Origin: Bacteroidales bacterium
GTDB lineage: Bacteria; Bacteroidota; Bacteroidia; Bacteroidales; VadinHA17
Reading direction: 5' to 3'
Length of the DNA stretch: 64,000 nucleotides
Assembly (NCBI GenBank): GCA_033791445.1
Contig: JASJGS010000243.1
Location: forward strand, 3,069-67,068
Made by a program: the position numbers and the translations under genes. Shown piece after piece: positions 31,236 through 42,056 of this stretch. The first letter of the stretch is position 1; each line of letters begins with the position of its first letter. Below the pieces are notes generated by a model. It saw only the letters and a list, made by a program, of their open reading frames with translations, ran no database searches and had not been told where the DNA came from.

Positions 31236-32183
31236 TTATCTGTATTTTGAGTCTTCATCCAAATATAGATTTCTGTAACTCTGGTATCTTGAAACGCTTA
31301 TTTCACCCTCCTCAACTGCATTAATTATTGCACAATCTGGTTCATTTATATGTTTGCAATTGTAGTATTTACATTTTTGGGCGATTTTGAATATTTCAGG
31401 GAAAAAATGGTAAATTTCATTCTTTTCCATGTGAACCATTCCAAATCCTTTAATTCCAGGCGTGTCAATTATATATCCTCCAAAGTGCAATTCATGCATT
31501 TCAGCAAAAGTGGTGGTATGTTTACCTGTCTTGTGATAATCTGAAATTTCTGAGGTGGTAATGTTTAAGGCTGGATCCAACTTATTTATTAGAGTAGATT
31601 TACCAACCCCAGAATTTCCTGAAAATAAATTAATTTTTCCTTTCACACAGTTCTTTACGTCTTCCATATTCAGGTTTTCCTTAGCTGAAACTTTAAGAGA
31701 AGGATAGCCAACCTTAGAATAAATTGAATCTAATTCGTTCATTTTCTGGATTTTATCCTTAGAATATAAGTCTATCTTATTAAATACAAGTTTGACAGGT
31801 ATACGGTATGCTTCTGCCGCAACCAGAAATCTGTCAATGAATTCAATGTGGGTTTCAGGAGATGTAAGACTTACAATAAGTAAGGCCTGATCAATATTTG
31901 CAGCAATAATCTGAGAGTATTTAGACAATTTTGAGGATTTGCGAACAATGAAGTTTTTACGTTCTGAAATAGAAATAATAGTCCCCGTCTCATGTCCTGG
32001 ATGCAACTCAAAGCCTACATGATCACCAACTACAACCGGATTCGTACTTCTGATACCGGCCTGTCTGAATTTCCCTTTAATACCGCATTCCAATATTTCA
32101 CCATCCCCTGTTTTTAATATGTACCTGCTTCCAGTGGTTTTTATTACTACTGCCTGAGCCTTTATAATTTCATTTTTATTCAT
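31236..32183 (-). CDS. rsgA: Ribosome small subunit-dependent GTPase A
   Basis: OB fold VVGD, NKID, GNSGVGKST, GKHTTT, DTPG, zinc motif C.Y.NC.H..EP.C. Confidence 0.96.
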   Translation of the reverse strand: MNKNEIIKAQAVVIKTTGSRYILKTGDGEILECGIKGKFRQAGIRSTNPVVVGDHVGFELHPGHETGTIISISERKNFIVRKSSKLSKYSQIIAANIDQALLIVSLTSPETHIEFIDRFLVAAEAYRIPVKLVFNKIDLYSKDKIQKMNELDSIYSKVGYPSLKVSAKENLNMEDVKNCVKGKINLFSGNSGVGKSTLINKLDPALNITTSEISDYHKTGKHTTTFAEMHELHFGGYIIDTPGIKGFGMVHMEKNEIYHFFPEIFKIAQKCKYYNCKHINEPDCAIINAVEEGEISVSRYQSYRNLYLDEDSKYR

Positions 32184-32199
32184 AGTCTCCAGTTGAGGT

Positions 32200-32226
32200 C
32201 AAAATTAGCAGAAATCTATATATTTG
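32200..32226. promoter_or_regulatory. Back-to-back divergent -7 boxes for rsgA and xth
   Basis: TAATTTTG on minus (32200-32207) and TATATTTG on plus (32219-32226) in a 64-bp intergenic region. Confidence 0.55.
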
Positions 32227-32247
32227 AGAAATTATTAAAATTCATCT

Positions 32248-33015
32248 ATGCAAAAGATAATCTCATACAACGTAAATGGCATTCGTGCTGCATTAAATAA
32301 GGGCATTGCGGAATGGTTAAAAGAAAGTTCTCCTGATATTTTTTGTGCTCAGGAAACCAAGGCGCTTAAAGAACAGGTTGAAACTTCTGTTTTTGAATAT
32401 TTGGGATACAAGCAATACTGGTTTTCAGCTCAGAAAAAGGGATATAGTGGAGTGATGGTTCTTAGTAAAATCGAACCCAAAAATGTAATATATGGAATGG
32501 GAATGGAAAAATATGATTCAGAGGGAAGAGTTATTCGCCTGGATTTTGATGATACTACTCTAATAAATGTATATATCCCTAGCGGAACACAGGGTGGTCC
32601 AAGGCAAATATATAAAATGGAATTCCTGCATGACTTCCTTGAATATATTACTCAGCTAAAAAAAGAAAGACCTAACTTAATTATTACTGGTGATTTTAAT
32701 ATTTGCCATAAACCAATAGATATTAATCACCCTGAACGACATAAAAAATCATCCGGGTTTCTTCCGGAAGAAAGAGAATGGTTAGACAATTTTGAAGCAA
32801 GTGGGTTTTTCGACAGTTTTAGGAAGTTTAACGATCAACCGCAACAGTATAGCTGGTGGAGTTACAGGGCAAATTCAAGGGCTAAAAATCTTGGATGGAG
32901 AATTGATTATTTTTGGTTGAGCCAATCTATGGAAACCAGGATTAAAAGTGCAGCTATTCATCAAAATATTGTCCACTCCGACCATTGCCCGATAGAAATA
33001 AGCACAGCGATTTAG
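32248..33015 (+). CDS. xth: Exodeoxyribonuclease III
   Basis: SYNVNGIRA, QETK, KKGYSGV, GDFNICH, YSWWSYR, GWRIDY, SDHCP. Confidence 0.96.
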   Translation: MQKIISYNVNGIRAALNKGIAEWLKESSPDIFCAQETKALKEQVETSVFEYLGYKQYWFSAQKKGYSGVMVLSKIEPKNVIYGMGMEKYDSEGRVIRLDFDDTTLINVYIPSGTQGGPRQIYKMEFLHDFLEYITQLKKERPNLIITGDFNICHKPIDINHPERHKKSSGFLPEEREWLDNFEASGFFDSFRKFNDQPQQYSWWSYRANSRAKNLGWRIDYFWLSQSMETRIKSAAIHQNIVHSDHCPIEISTAI

Positions 33016-33099
33016 TAAATTCAACAGTAAACGGAATTTGGAGAATTAGAAAATCTGTCCTATCTTTATACCAGAAAACTAATTTGGTCAGTTATTTCA

Positions 33100-33684
33100 A
33101 TGATGAAATCGAACAGGACAAAAACTTTAATTCTTGAGGTAGCCTCAAAAATGTTTGCCCGCTATGGCTTTCATAAGACGACTATCGATGAGATTGCCAG
33201 GGCAGCCAGAAAGGCAAAAGGTTCTGTATATTACCATTTTACTGATAAAGAAGATCTGTTTAAAGCAGTTGTATCTGAAGAAATTAATACTATTAAATCT
33301 GGCTTACTGGTTATATTAAACAACCCAGATCTTAAACCTCCAGTTAAAATAAAAGCCTATTTATTAAAAAGACTAGAGCTTCTTGCGCATGCAGTAAATT
33401 ATCAATCAACTGTAACTACAGAATTTATTGAACACTATAAATTTATTGAGGGAATTCGACAAGAATACCACAATTGGGAAGGAACAAACATAAAAAAAAT
33501 GATCACGGATGGAATAGAGCAGGATTATTTTGAATCGACTGAGAACCTCGATGTTCTAATTTATGTTTTTATCATGGTTCTTAAAGGTCTTGAGGGTCCA
33601 CTATTTGCACAACAGGGATACCAGGAGTTGATGCCCCATTTTGACAATATGATGAATATTTTAATTAAAGGAATTTCAAAATAA
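33100..33684 (+). CDS. TetR/AcrR family transcriptional regulator
   Basis: FARYGFHKTTIDEIA..KGSVYYHF.DKE.L HTH. Confidence 0.93.
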   Translation: MMKSNRTKTLILEVASKMFARYGFHKTTIDEIARAARKAKGSVYYHFTDKEDLFKAVVSEEINTIKSGLLVILNNPDLKPPVKIKAYLLKRLELLAHAVNYQSTVTTEFIEHYKFIEGIRQEYHNWEGTNIKKMITDGIEQDYFESTENLDVLIYVFIMVLKGLEGPLFAQQGYQELMPHFDNMMNILIKGISK

Positions 33685-33757
33685 TATATTTTTTTCTCTA
33701 TAACTGACTATAAAACCAGAATAGTACAAATCAACTATATTGTTTAGTTTCAAAAAA

Positions 33758-36019
33758 ATGGAAAAAATAGCTCAAAAAATTATTCAATACCGAATTGTTA
33801 TAATAGTTATAACTATTCTATTAACGCTATTTTTCTCATATCATATTACCAAAATAAAAATCAACTCAGACATAATAAGTTCTCTTCCTGATGATGATCC
33901 TGTGGCAGCTTTATATACCCGCATAGGGCAGAAATTTGGCAGCAATTCATTAGGAATGGTGGCAGTAGAAACCAGTAATGTTTTTAATACGGATGTGCTC
34001 AAACATATTAAACAAATTAGTGATACAATAGTTTATACGGAAGGAGTAGCTTCTGTTACCAGCCTAAGTAATATTATTGACATCAAATCAAGTGAATGGG
34101 GAATAGAAATAGGAAAACTTATTGATGAATATGATCTCCCGGAAACAGAAGAAGACCTGTTGAAATTAAAAAACAGAGTTTTTCAAAAAGATATGTACCG
34201 GGGTGTTATTGTTTCGGAAGATGAAACTACAACATTGGTATTATTTAATATTTTGGATGAGGCTGATATACAAGAGGTAGCAAAAGAGATCAAAATAAAA
34301 ATAAATGATTTAGACCTCCCGGAGAACCTGTATTTTGGAGGATTGCCTTTTATGATGAATGATATATCGGATCTGATTGTTACAGACATAATCCGACTAT
34401 TCCCCATTACTTTCTTTATTATTGCCCTTGTACTTTTTATTGGTTTCCGGACGATCAGGGGAGTTGTTCTTCCCATACTAACAGCAGGAATATCAATTAT
34501 ATGGACCTTGGGCTTAATGGTGCTGCTTGGCTACGAATTAACTATAATTTCAAATACAATTCCTATTATTTTATTGGCAGTAGGGAGTGCCTATACCATT
34601 CATGTTGTTAATCGTATTAGCCAACAACCACAGCAGTACCTGCAAAAATCTATTATCAAAGCCCTTTCTTATGTTATTGTTCCTGTAGTTCTCGCAGCTG
34701 GGACTACCATGGTTGGATTTATTTCATTTGTGTTTGGCGCATATTTAATAATGATCCGTGATTTTGGTGTTTTCACTGCCCTGGGCGTATTTTTTGCTTT
34801 TATTTTATCTGCATTCTTCACTCCTGCCATTATTTCCTTTGTTTCTGCTCCAAAAAAAGAAAAGAATGAAAAAGAAGCCAACCAAGAAGGTACATCCGGT
34901 TTAAAAAAAGTACTTATTTCCCTGAAGAACCTTCTAATCAAACACCCTAAATATACCCTGACTGTATGGTGCTTTCTAATTCTAATAAGCATAGCTGGGA
35001 TCTTCTTCATGAAACGAAGTGTAAACATTCAGGATTATTTCAAGAAGAACAACCCTACACGTATCTCTGAAGATATATTGCAAAAGAAATTTGGAGGTTC
35101 TATGCCTGTTTATGTGTCTTTTAAAGGTGATATTCAGAGCCCCGAGCTACTGAAAATGATGAGAAAGACACAGGAATATATGGAGAAAAATTCATCTATT
35201 TACAATACCCAGTCTATTGCTGATCTCATTGAAGAAATGAACGATGCCATGGGGGAAGGTAAGAAAATACCAGACAGAAAAGACAAGATTGAACAATTGT
35301 GGTTTCTGCTGGAAGGACAGGATGCCCTGTCGCAACTGGTTACCGATGATCTGGATGAAGCAGTTATTGTATCCACATTTGCATCGGCCGAATTTGAAGA
35401 CATGCAGGAGTTCGTTGGATATATGGACGTTTTTATCCAGGATAATTCTGGCCAGTATTGTGAAATGGAGGTTACCGGTATGCCCCAGGTTTATGTCCGA
35501 ATGGATAAAAGTTTGATCAACAGTCAGTTCAGTAGCTTATTTATAGCGATTGTTGTAGTGCTGATATTGGTGGGATTCATTCTCCGTTCCGTGCAAAAAG
35601 GAATATTTGCTACTGTACCCATTGTTTCGACCATTATTATTCTTTTCGGATTTATGGGTGCAACAGGAATCCACCTTGATGTGGCTACCGTATTGGTGGC
35701 AAGTATAGCCCTCGGTATTGGCATTGATTATTCCATACATATAATAACCCACTTTAGCCATTCATTAAAGGAAAATGGAAATGCTGAAAAGGCTCTTGAA
35801 GACACTATTCTGATCAGCGGGAAAGCAATAACAATTAATGTATTATCAGTAACCGCTGGTTTTTTGATTCTTATTTTTTCAAAATTGGTGCCCTTACAAC
35901 ATTTTGGAATGCTTGTGGCACTAAGTATGGTTGGGTCAGGATTAGGTGCCCTTTCCTTATTGCCCGCTTTACTGGTACTAACTTATCGAAAGAAACCTTC
36001 TGTTGCAATTAAAAAATAA
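33758..36019 (+). CDS. RND superfamily, MMPL/HAE3-type transporter
   Basis: Two repeats of TM plus periplasmic domain; LAVGSAYTIH and ALGIGIDYSIH; ATG at 33758 preferred to TTG at 33740. Confidence 0.88.
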   Translation: MEKIAQKIIQYRIVIIVITILLTLFFSYHITKIKINSDIISSLPDDDPVAALYTRIGQKFGSNSLGMVAVETSNVFNTDVLKHIKQISDTIVYTEGVASVTSLSNIIDIKSSEWGIEIGKLIDEYDLPETEEDLLKLKNRVFQKDMYRGVIVSEDETTTLVLFNILDEADIQEVAKEIKIKINDLDLPENLYFGGLPFMMNDISDLIVTDIIRLFPITFFIIALVLFIGFRTIRGVVLPILTAGISIIWTLGLMVLLGYELTIISNTIPIILLAVGSAYTIHVVNRISQQPQQYLQKSIIKALSYVIVPVVLAAGTTMVGFISFVFGAYLIMIRDFGVFTALGVFFAFILSAFFTPAIISFVSAPKKEKNEKEANQEGTSGLKKVLISLKNLLIKHPKYTLTVWCFLILISIAGIFFMKRSVNIQDYFKKNNPTRISEDILQKKFGGSMPVYVSFKGDIQSPELLKMMRKTQEYMEKNSSIYNTQSIADLIEEMNDAMGEGKKIPDRKDKIEQLWFLLEGQDALSQLVTDDLDEAVIVSTFASAEFEDMQEFVGYMDVFIQDNSGQYCEMEVTGMPQVYVRMDKSLINSQFSSLFIAIVVVLILVGFILRSVQKGIFATVPIVSTIIILFGFMGATGIHLDVATVLVASIALGIGIDYSIHIITHFSHSLKENGNAEKALEDTILISGKAITINVLSVTAGFLILIFSKLVPLQHFGMLVALSMVGSGLGALSLLPALLVLTYRKKPSVAIKK

Positions 36020-36033
36020 AAAACAGTAATGAT

Positions 36034-36774
36034 ATGAAAACAAAAATGATTAAAAAGTTAGTTCTATCCCTGATATTTCTTTTTTCAGGTTTAATTCTTA
36101 TTTCTGCCCAGGACGCCCTTGAAATTTTAAAGAAAATGGATGAGGTTATGTACTCCCCAAAAGATATGCAATCAAATACTAAAATAGTATTGATTGATAA
36201 GGCAAATAAAGAAAAAGTACGGGAGGCTACCATGATGCAAAAAGGCACAGATAAACGGCTCACACGCTTTACCTCACCTGCATCACAGGCCGGTATAGCA
36301 GTTTTATCCCTGCCCGATGATGTCATGTATGTATATATGCCTGCTTTCGGTAAGGAAAGAAGAATCGCGGCCCATGTTAAAAACCAAAAGTTTGCCGGCA
36401 CAGACTTTTCATACGATGATATGGAAGCTATTGCTTACGTAGATAAATACAATGGGTCCTTGCTAAAAACAGAGGATGATAGCTATCTGCTTAACCTTGT
36501 ACCAAAATCCTCTAAATCAGAATATTCTAAAGTTGTAATGAAAGTTCATAAAACCAACTATTACCCAAGCTTTATGGAATACTATGATAAAGGTAATAAC
36601 AAAATAAAAGAGGCATCCTACACATTTAAGAAAATTGGAGATTACTGGAATGCCGAGGTGGTGGAAATGAAGGATTTAAAAAAGAATCATAAAACCAGAA
36701 TGGAAATGAATGATGTAAAATATGATCAAAATTTATCGGATGATGAATTTACAGTACGAAAATTGAAACAATGA
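36034..36774 (+). CDS. Outer-membrane lipoprotein-sorting (LolA-like) periplasmic protein
   Basis: Signal peptide; F.SPA...G..L, Y.PA..K.RRI, FAGTDFSYDD, C-terminal F+.R.L. Confidence 0.82.
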   Translation: MKTKMIKKLVLSLIFLFSGLILISAQDALEILKKMDEVMYSPKDMQSNTKIVLIDKANKEKVREATMMQKGTDKRLTRFTSPASQAGIAVLSLPDDVMYVYMPAFGKERRIAAHVKNQKFAGTDFSYDDMEAIAYVDKYNGSLLKTEDDSYLLNLVPKSSKSEYSKVVMKVHKTNYYPSFMEYYDKGNNKIKEASYTFKKIGDYWNAEVVEMKDLKKNHKTRMEMNDVKYDQNLSDDEFTVRKLKQ

Positions 36775-36780
36775 TAAACA

Positions 36781-36863
36781 GGCCTCTTACATATAGAGTT
36801 ACTTCTTTCATATAGGGTTATTGGTAAACTTTCAGTGCAGTAACAAGCTATATGTAGGAGGCC
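36781..36863 (+). other. Long intercistronic inverted repeat/hairpin
   Basis: GGCCTCTTACATATAG (36781-36796) pairs with CTATATGTAGGAGGCC (36848-36863); inner GTTACT/AGTAAC. Confidence 0.75.
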
Positions 36864-36903
36864 AAAAATATTTCTTGAGTAAAGTTCTAAGAAAACATTA
36901 GAG

Positions 36904-38280
36904 ATGAAAACACTAAAATTTCTTACCCTGTGTGTACTTATCCTGGTTGCATTAAACAATCCTGTAAATGCTCAGGAAAACCCCTTAAGAATATATGGAG
37001 AGTTCTTTACAGACCAGCGCATTCTTATTGAACAGCCCTACGATTGGGTGTGGAATGAGAATCGATTGAATCTCCAACTTGATAAGAATTTTGGAGGAAA
37101 ATCAAAATTTCATACCGAAATCTGGGTTCGAAATTTTGGTTTGCCCCAAATATATTCTTCCAGCGACCTCTATAATAAAGGTATTATTGATCCCATTGAT
37201 CTGCAAATACGAGAAGCTTACGTAGAACTTTATGGCTTTTTTTTTAAAGACCTGGATGTTAAGATTGGTCGTCAACGAATTGCATGGGGAACCGGAGACA
37301 GGCTAAATCCTACTGACAATTTAAATCCTTATGACCTGGAAGACATACTAGATTTTGGGAGACACCGCGGCTCTGATGCCATAAATCTTAATTATTACCT
37401 GACCAACAGCTTTTCTTTGCAGGCAATTTATATTCCCTTTTTCAGACCAGATAATTTGCCTGTAGGTGTCTTTGCTCAGGCTCTCACTCCTCCTATGGAG
37501 CTTCCTCCACCTTTATATTTAAATGAGTTTTCTGATACGCTATTAGTTCCTAAGTTTAATCTGTCTGAAAGTAGCGTTTTGGGATTTAAGTTTAAAGGAT
37601 TTGCACTTGGATTTGATTTTTCACTAAGCTACGTATGGGGCAGAGAAGGCCTACCCATGCCTAAATATAATACTTTTATTCCTGTAAACCTTACTGGGGG
37701 CGTTAATGTAAATTCACAACTCTTTTTTCCTCGAAATCATATTTTCGGAGCTGATCTGGCCGGAAGTATTGGGAGTGTAGGAGTTTGGGCTGAAGCAGCA
37801 GTATTTTTACCTGCTGAAGAAGTAATTATGACCAATGATTTATCAGCATTAGTCCCTGAAAATTTAAGGCCTATGACAGTGGATAGTGTGATTTTAAAAA
37901 AAGAACCCTATGTCAAGTTTATCGTTGGAGCGGATTATACTTTTGGAAATGGCCTTTACTTAAACTTCCAGTATTTACATGGCTTTATGAATGAAAAAGG
38001 TAAGGGGGAATTGAATGACTACTTTTTCATAGGCATGGAAAAAACCTTCTTTGATGAAAAGTTGAAAATTGTACCCCTGGCAGGGGCATTTATTGTTTCC
38101 AACTGGAAGGACATTGGCAACAATTATTCCCTAATTTATGTACCTGAAATAGAGTATCGGGCTACAGATAATATAAGCATCGGGCTAAGTGCCGCTCTAT
38201 TTACAGGGAAAGGCAATAACGTATTTGTAAGTTTAAACGACTACAATATGCTCATGTTTAAACTAAAATATAGCTTCTAA
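36904..38280 (+). CDS. Outer-membrane beta-barrel protein (DUF1302-like)
   Basis: Signal peptide; IREAYV, KIGRQRIAWG.GD..NPTD..NP; C-terminal LKYSF. Confidence 0.75.
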   Translation: MKTLKFLTLCVLILVALNNPVNAQENPLRIYGEFFTDQRILIEQPYDWVWNENRLNLQLDKNFGGKSKFHTEIWVRNFGLPQIYSSSDLYNKGIIDPIDLQIREAYVELYGFFFKDLDVKIGRQRIAWGTGDRLNPTDNLNPYDLEDILDFGRHRGSDAINLNYYLTNSFSLQAIYIPFFRPDNLPVGVFAQALTPPMELPPPLYLNEFSDTLLVPKFNLSESSVLGFKFKGFALGFDFSLSYVWGREGLPMPKYNTFIPVNLTGGVNVNSQLFFPRNHIFGADLAGSIGSVGVWAEAAVFLPAEEVIMTNDLSALVPENLRPMTVDSVILKKEPYVKFIVGADYTFGNGLYLNFQYLHGFMNEKGKGELNDYFFIGMEKTFFDEKLKIVPLAGAFIVSNWKDIGNNYSLIYVPEIEYRATDNISIGLSAALFTGKGNNVFVSLNDYNMLMFKLKYSF

Positions 38281-38506
38281 TCCTCCTGATTAAATTTGCA
38301 TTTGTCGCTAGATTATAGTAACTTACATAGCAAATGTTATCCCCAAATTCCATAACATTAAAACAGCCACTCTTACCCTAATTGAAGCCTTATTAAGTTG
38401 GTAGTTTTATACTGGAAGGTGTTTTCGAATTGTTTCCATAAGGATATTTTTGAAAACAATTACTCCATACTAAATTATGCATTTTTATAATTAATAATTA
38501 GCAAAA

Positions 38507-39493
38507 ATGAAAGCAGAAATGTTGGTGGTCTTTCGAAATTCATTGATGTTCTTGTGTATAATACTATCTGCATTATCAGGCTTTTCACAGGCTAAATTGC
38601 CCATGGTGAAGACTATTCCCTACAAGATTTATCCCAGGGTAAATGAGGAAAAACCCGATTTACCATCTCCATTTATCGACAGGGCCGGGGCAGAGTATGT
38701 AATAGCTGTGAACAAAGAAATGAAGTTCGCAATAATTCCTGTTTCTTCAAGCAATGATAAGGGTATTTGCCCTCAACTTATTATCGATACGGAAGACTTT
38801 CCTGAGCTGGGAAAGAAGGGTTTGCATTCAGAAAAAGAACTTGACCAAATTGAAACGATAACTGATTGGTCACTTGATACAATAACGCTACTGGGTCGAC
38901 CCAATGGGCTGTCGCAAGATGGTTTTATGGCACAGGATGAAGATATTCTCTCCGTCCTGAAAGGGGATAATCACCTGGTAAAAAAATTAGGCCTCACACA
39001 TCCTCAGCTAGCAAAACCCCTGTTTCACGTATTAAACATGATGGATACTGATCTTGAAATAAATAGGTGGAATATGTCAAAACATCGTTGGGAAAACATA
39101 CTCTATTTCTTTTACAATAAACAGAAGGTCTTTGTTGATGCGGGTGACACGAAGGGGGGACAAAAGTCCATTTTTGATGATGGTATTATGGGAAGTTTTC
39201 ACATCCATTTATGGAGAGAAATTAAACCTGGTGAAATGCATTACCTGAAGAATCATTACAACCATTTATCAGATACAGAATTTACCGAATTAAAGACACT
39301 CTTAGGTCAAATCTTTACAGGTGAAATGGAGCCTCAATTTATTATGCGATATGGCTTCTATGAAGGCCATACCAACTGGCGCACCGACCCAATTGCTATA
39401 TCATTCATTTTTGGATTAAAGTCTCTAGAGGAGCTGGATGGTATCTTCAAAGGCAAACTATATGAGATGCTTACAGAACATTTCAGGAAATAG
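38507..39493 (+). CDS. Hypothetical secreted protein
   Basis: 328 aa with signal peptide; conserved-looking motifs RP.GLSQ.GF, LGLTH.QLA, YGFYEG...R.DP. Confidence 0.75.
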   Translation: MKAEMLVVFRNSLMFLCIILSALSGFSQAKLPMVKTIPYKIYPRVNEEKPDLPSPFIDRAGAEYVIAVNKEMKFAIIPVSSSNDKGICPQLIIDTEDFPELGKKGLHSEKELDQIETITDWSLDTITLLGRPNGLSQDGFMAQDEDILSVLKGDNHLVKKLGLTHPQLAKPLFHVLNMMDTDLEINRWNMSKHRWENILYFFYNKQKVFVDAGDTKGGQKSIFDDGIMGSFHIHLWREIKPGEMHYLKNHYNHLSDTEFTELKTLLGQIFTGEMEPQFIMRYGFYEGHTNWRTDPIAISFIFGLKSLEELDGIFKGKLYEMLTEHFRK

Positions 39494-39546
39494 CTTTGAT
39501 ATTTACGAGATTGCCATAATTTTGCAACAACTACTTATATTAAGCA

Positions 39547-40206
39547 TTGTTGCAACTAACTAAGGTAAAAACATTGAAGATCATACTGTTAAAATCTTAT
39601 ATATTTTTTAGCTTATTCAATTTGTTCTCCCAACAATCCGACTTCAATCCTTCGGACGGGTGGAAACTCTCTAAAGATAAAGATGGTATTCAGGTCTATA
39701 CCCGACAGGTTCCGGACAGCAAGCTGAAAGAATTCCTTGCAATTACAGAAATAAAGGCCCCCAAAGAAGTGATTGTTCAAATTATCAACGATGTTAAAAA
39801 CAAACCAAATTGGATGCCGAATTTAACATCAGCAAAAGTTATTGAGCAAGTAAATGATAATGAGCATATTGATTATTATGAGTCAGAGATTCCATGGCCA
39901 ATGCGTAATAAAGATATTGTAATGTGTTTTAAACAGGAAGAAGTGAAGGATTCCAACCTGGTTCTGATATCCTACTGGGGATTACCAGACTTCATTCCTG
40001 AAAGGAAAGACATGAGCAGATTAAAAAGTACTGAAGGATATTTTAAGCTAACCGAACTGGAAAATGGACTTACAAAAATAGAATATAAAGTGTCATCTGA
40101 CCCAGAAATCAAATTGCCCGCCTGGGCCATTAATAAATTCATGGTTGATCCTCCCTTTCAAACACTGTTTAATCTAAGAAAGTTGAGTGAAAAAGTAATA
40201 AACTAA
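39547..40206 (+). CDS. START domain lipid-binding protein
   Basis: W.L.KDKDGIQVYTR, PWPM.NKD, DP...LPAW.IN; exact start uncertain (TTG). Confidence 0.85.
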   Translation: MLQLTKVKTLKIILLKSYIFFSLFNLFSQQSDFNPSDGWKLSKDKDGIQVYTRQVPDSKLKEFLAITEIKAPKEVIVQIINDVKNKPNWMPNLTSAKVIEQVNDNEHIDYYESEIPWPMRNKDIVMCFKQEEVKDSNLVLISYWGLPDFIPERKDMSRLKSTEGYFKLTELENGLTKIEYKVSSDPEIKLPAWAINKFMVDPPFQTLFNLRKLSEKVIN

Positions 40207-40466
40207 ATCCTGAATTCATGAAAAGAAAGCTGTCATTGGATTAGTTGTTATCTTTTGTTATTACAAGTATTAAGTAATAACTTGCGAAACAAATAATATC
40301 CTCTCTGAAATTTAAAAAAGATATTAGCCTGAAAATTTATAACAAAGTATTGAAATCAATTTGCCAGAACCATGAAAACTCAATTGGATTTCAACATATT
40401 CCATCATCAGTGTCTATAAGGGTTATAATATACAATTATTTTGAAGCTAAATAATTTTTCTAACTG

Positions 40467-42056
40467 ATGAAAACCCGGTGGTATATAGAAAACCTGATCG
40501 ACCTGGAATATTTCCTCCATGTCAATGATAAACAGGGCACGGGACTAAACCAGAAAAAGGAAGATTCCGAAGATCGTGAAATTTTTCTAAGAAATATTCA
40601 GCCTCATCTTTCTAAAACAAAACCTTATTCACGGCGCTTCATTATTAAGTCCTGGCTTGACCAACGAAAAAAAATAGAAAAAGGTGCTGCTGGTAGAGAA
40701 ACGATCCTACCCGGTGAGGCCTTTGATGAAGCTTTCCGGATTCTTAAATATGGCCTGTTTATTTTTGGAAGTATAGTGGGTATAGGTCTCGCCTTTTCTC
40801 TACTCAGCTATACCGGCACTGCTCCACTAAATATTTCCGTATACCTTGGAGCTACTGTCTTTATTCAAATACTTTTATTGCTGCTTCTGGGTATCCTTTT
40901 TCTGATACGCCTGATTCAACCAGGCTTATTTTATACATCCGTATTTTATTCGTTATATAGCCGCCTTGCAATTTCTCTCACCAGAAAGTTAACCAGTCGC
41001 ATTAAATCTTCCCTCTCAGGATCCAGGCAGGAAGGCTATTCAGCTATCCTTGGATTGATAAAAGGAAAGAAGCAGGTTTATGGGTCCTTGTTTTACTGGC
41101 CAGTTTTCAATTCCATGCAACTTTTCGGGATTGGATTCAACCTGGGCATACTTGCTATAACCCTAATAAAAGTGCTGGGAACAGATTTAGCTTTTGGCTG
41201 GCAGTCCACAATCCAGGTAGGTGCTGATGCCGTATATAAAATTGTAAAAGGGATGGCAGTTCCATGGTCCTGGTTTGTACCCTCAGAGATTGCCTACCCT
41301 ACTCTGGAACAAATTAAAGGCAGTCACCTTATTCTGAAGGATGGAATTTATCACCTTACTACTCCTGACCTGGTGGCCTGGTGGCCGTTTTTATGCTTTT
41401 CAGTACTTTTTTACGGCCTTTTACCTCGTTTATTTATTTATTTTGCCGGGCTGTTAAAACAGAAACATTTACTGAATAATATTAAACTTAACCATGCTGA
41501 TTGCGACCAACTCATGGACAGGATGACATGCCCGGATGTTCATTTTGGTAGCCCGGGAGAATCTATATCAAAGAAAGCAGGAGAAAAACTTTCAGAGGAA
41601 ACAACAATCCTATTTGATGATCATTACTTGGATAAAAAATTCATTGTTCTTATCCCAAATGACATTTATGATTCCGTTTCACATGAAAGTTTACAAAGGG
41701 CTTTCGGTCAAACTCTCGGTGGCCAGGTGGTGGAAGCAATTAAAATTAACAATATTGAAACTGCTGAAGATTTAACTCAAACCCATTTGAACCTGAGTAA
41801 TTTTAAAAAGGGTTGGACACATCTTATTATCCTTGCAGAGGCCTGGCAACCTCCTCTTGTCGAGGATATTGCCTTTACTAAAGCACTTCGACATCAACTT
41901 GGTGAACGTATTCCGATACTCATTGTATTGATAGGTAAACCCAAGGCTGATACCATATTCACGCCGGTAAAACCCATTAACTTTCAAACCTGGAAAGATA
42001 AAATTATGGCTATGGGTGATCCATATTTGCGAACGGAAAAACTTGTTCATGAGTAA
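40467..42056 (+). CDS. DUF2868 family membrane protein
   Basis: Several TMs; DLAFGWQST, WWPFL...VLFYGLLPRL, AEAWQPP. Confidence 0.8.
   Translation: MKTRWYIENLIDLEYFLHVNDKQGTGLNQKKEDSEDREIFLRNIQPHLSKTKPYSRRFIIKSWLDQRKKIEKGAAGRETILPGEAFDEAFRILKYGLFIFGSIVGIGLAFSLLSYTGTAPLNISVYLGATVFIQILLLLLLGILFLIRLIQPGLFYTSVFYSLYSRLAISLTRKLTSRIKSSLSGSRQEGYSAILGLIKGKKQVYGSLFYWPVFNSMQLFGIGFNLGILAITLIKVLGTDLAFGWQSTIQVGADAVYKIVKGMAVPWSWFVPSEIAYPTLEQIKGSHLILKDGIYHLTTPDLVAWWPFLCFSVLFYGLLPRLFIYFAGLLKQKHLLNNIKLNHADCDQLMDRMTCPDVHFGSPGESISKKAGEKLSEETTILFDDHYLDKKFIVLIPNDIYDSVSHESLQRAFGQTLGGQVVEAIKINNIETAEDLTQTHLNLSNFKKGWTHLIILAEAWQPPLVEDIAFTKALRHQLGERIPILIVLIGKPKADTIFTPVKPINFQTWKDKIMAMGDPYLRTEKLVHE

Noticed and set aside
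40257-40281. GTTATTAC/GTAATAAC inverted repeat upstream of DUF2868
   Set aside because: Short, AT-rich and single-copy; not distinguishable from chance
17206-41690. Canonical parS-like 16-mers at 17206, 39021 and 41675
   Set aside because: Each has four or more mismatches to TGTTNCACGTGAAACA and lies inside a CDS; consistent with chance
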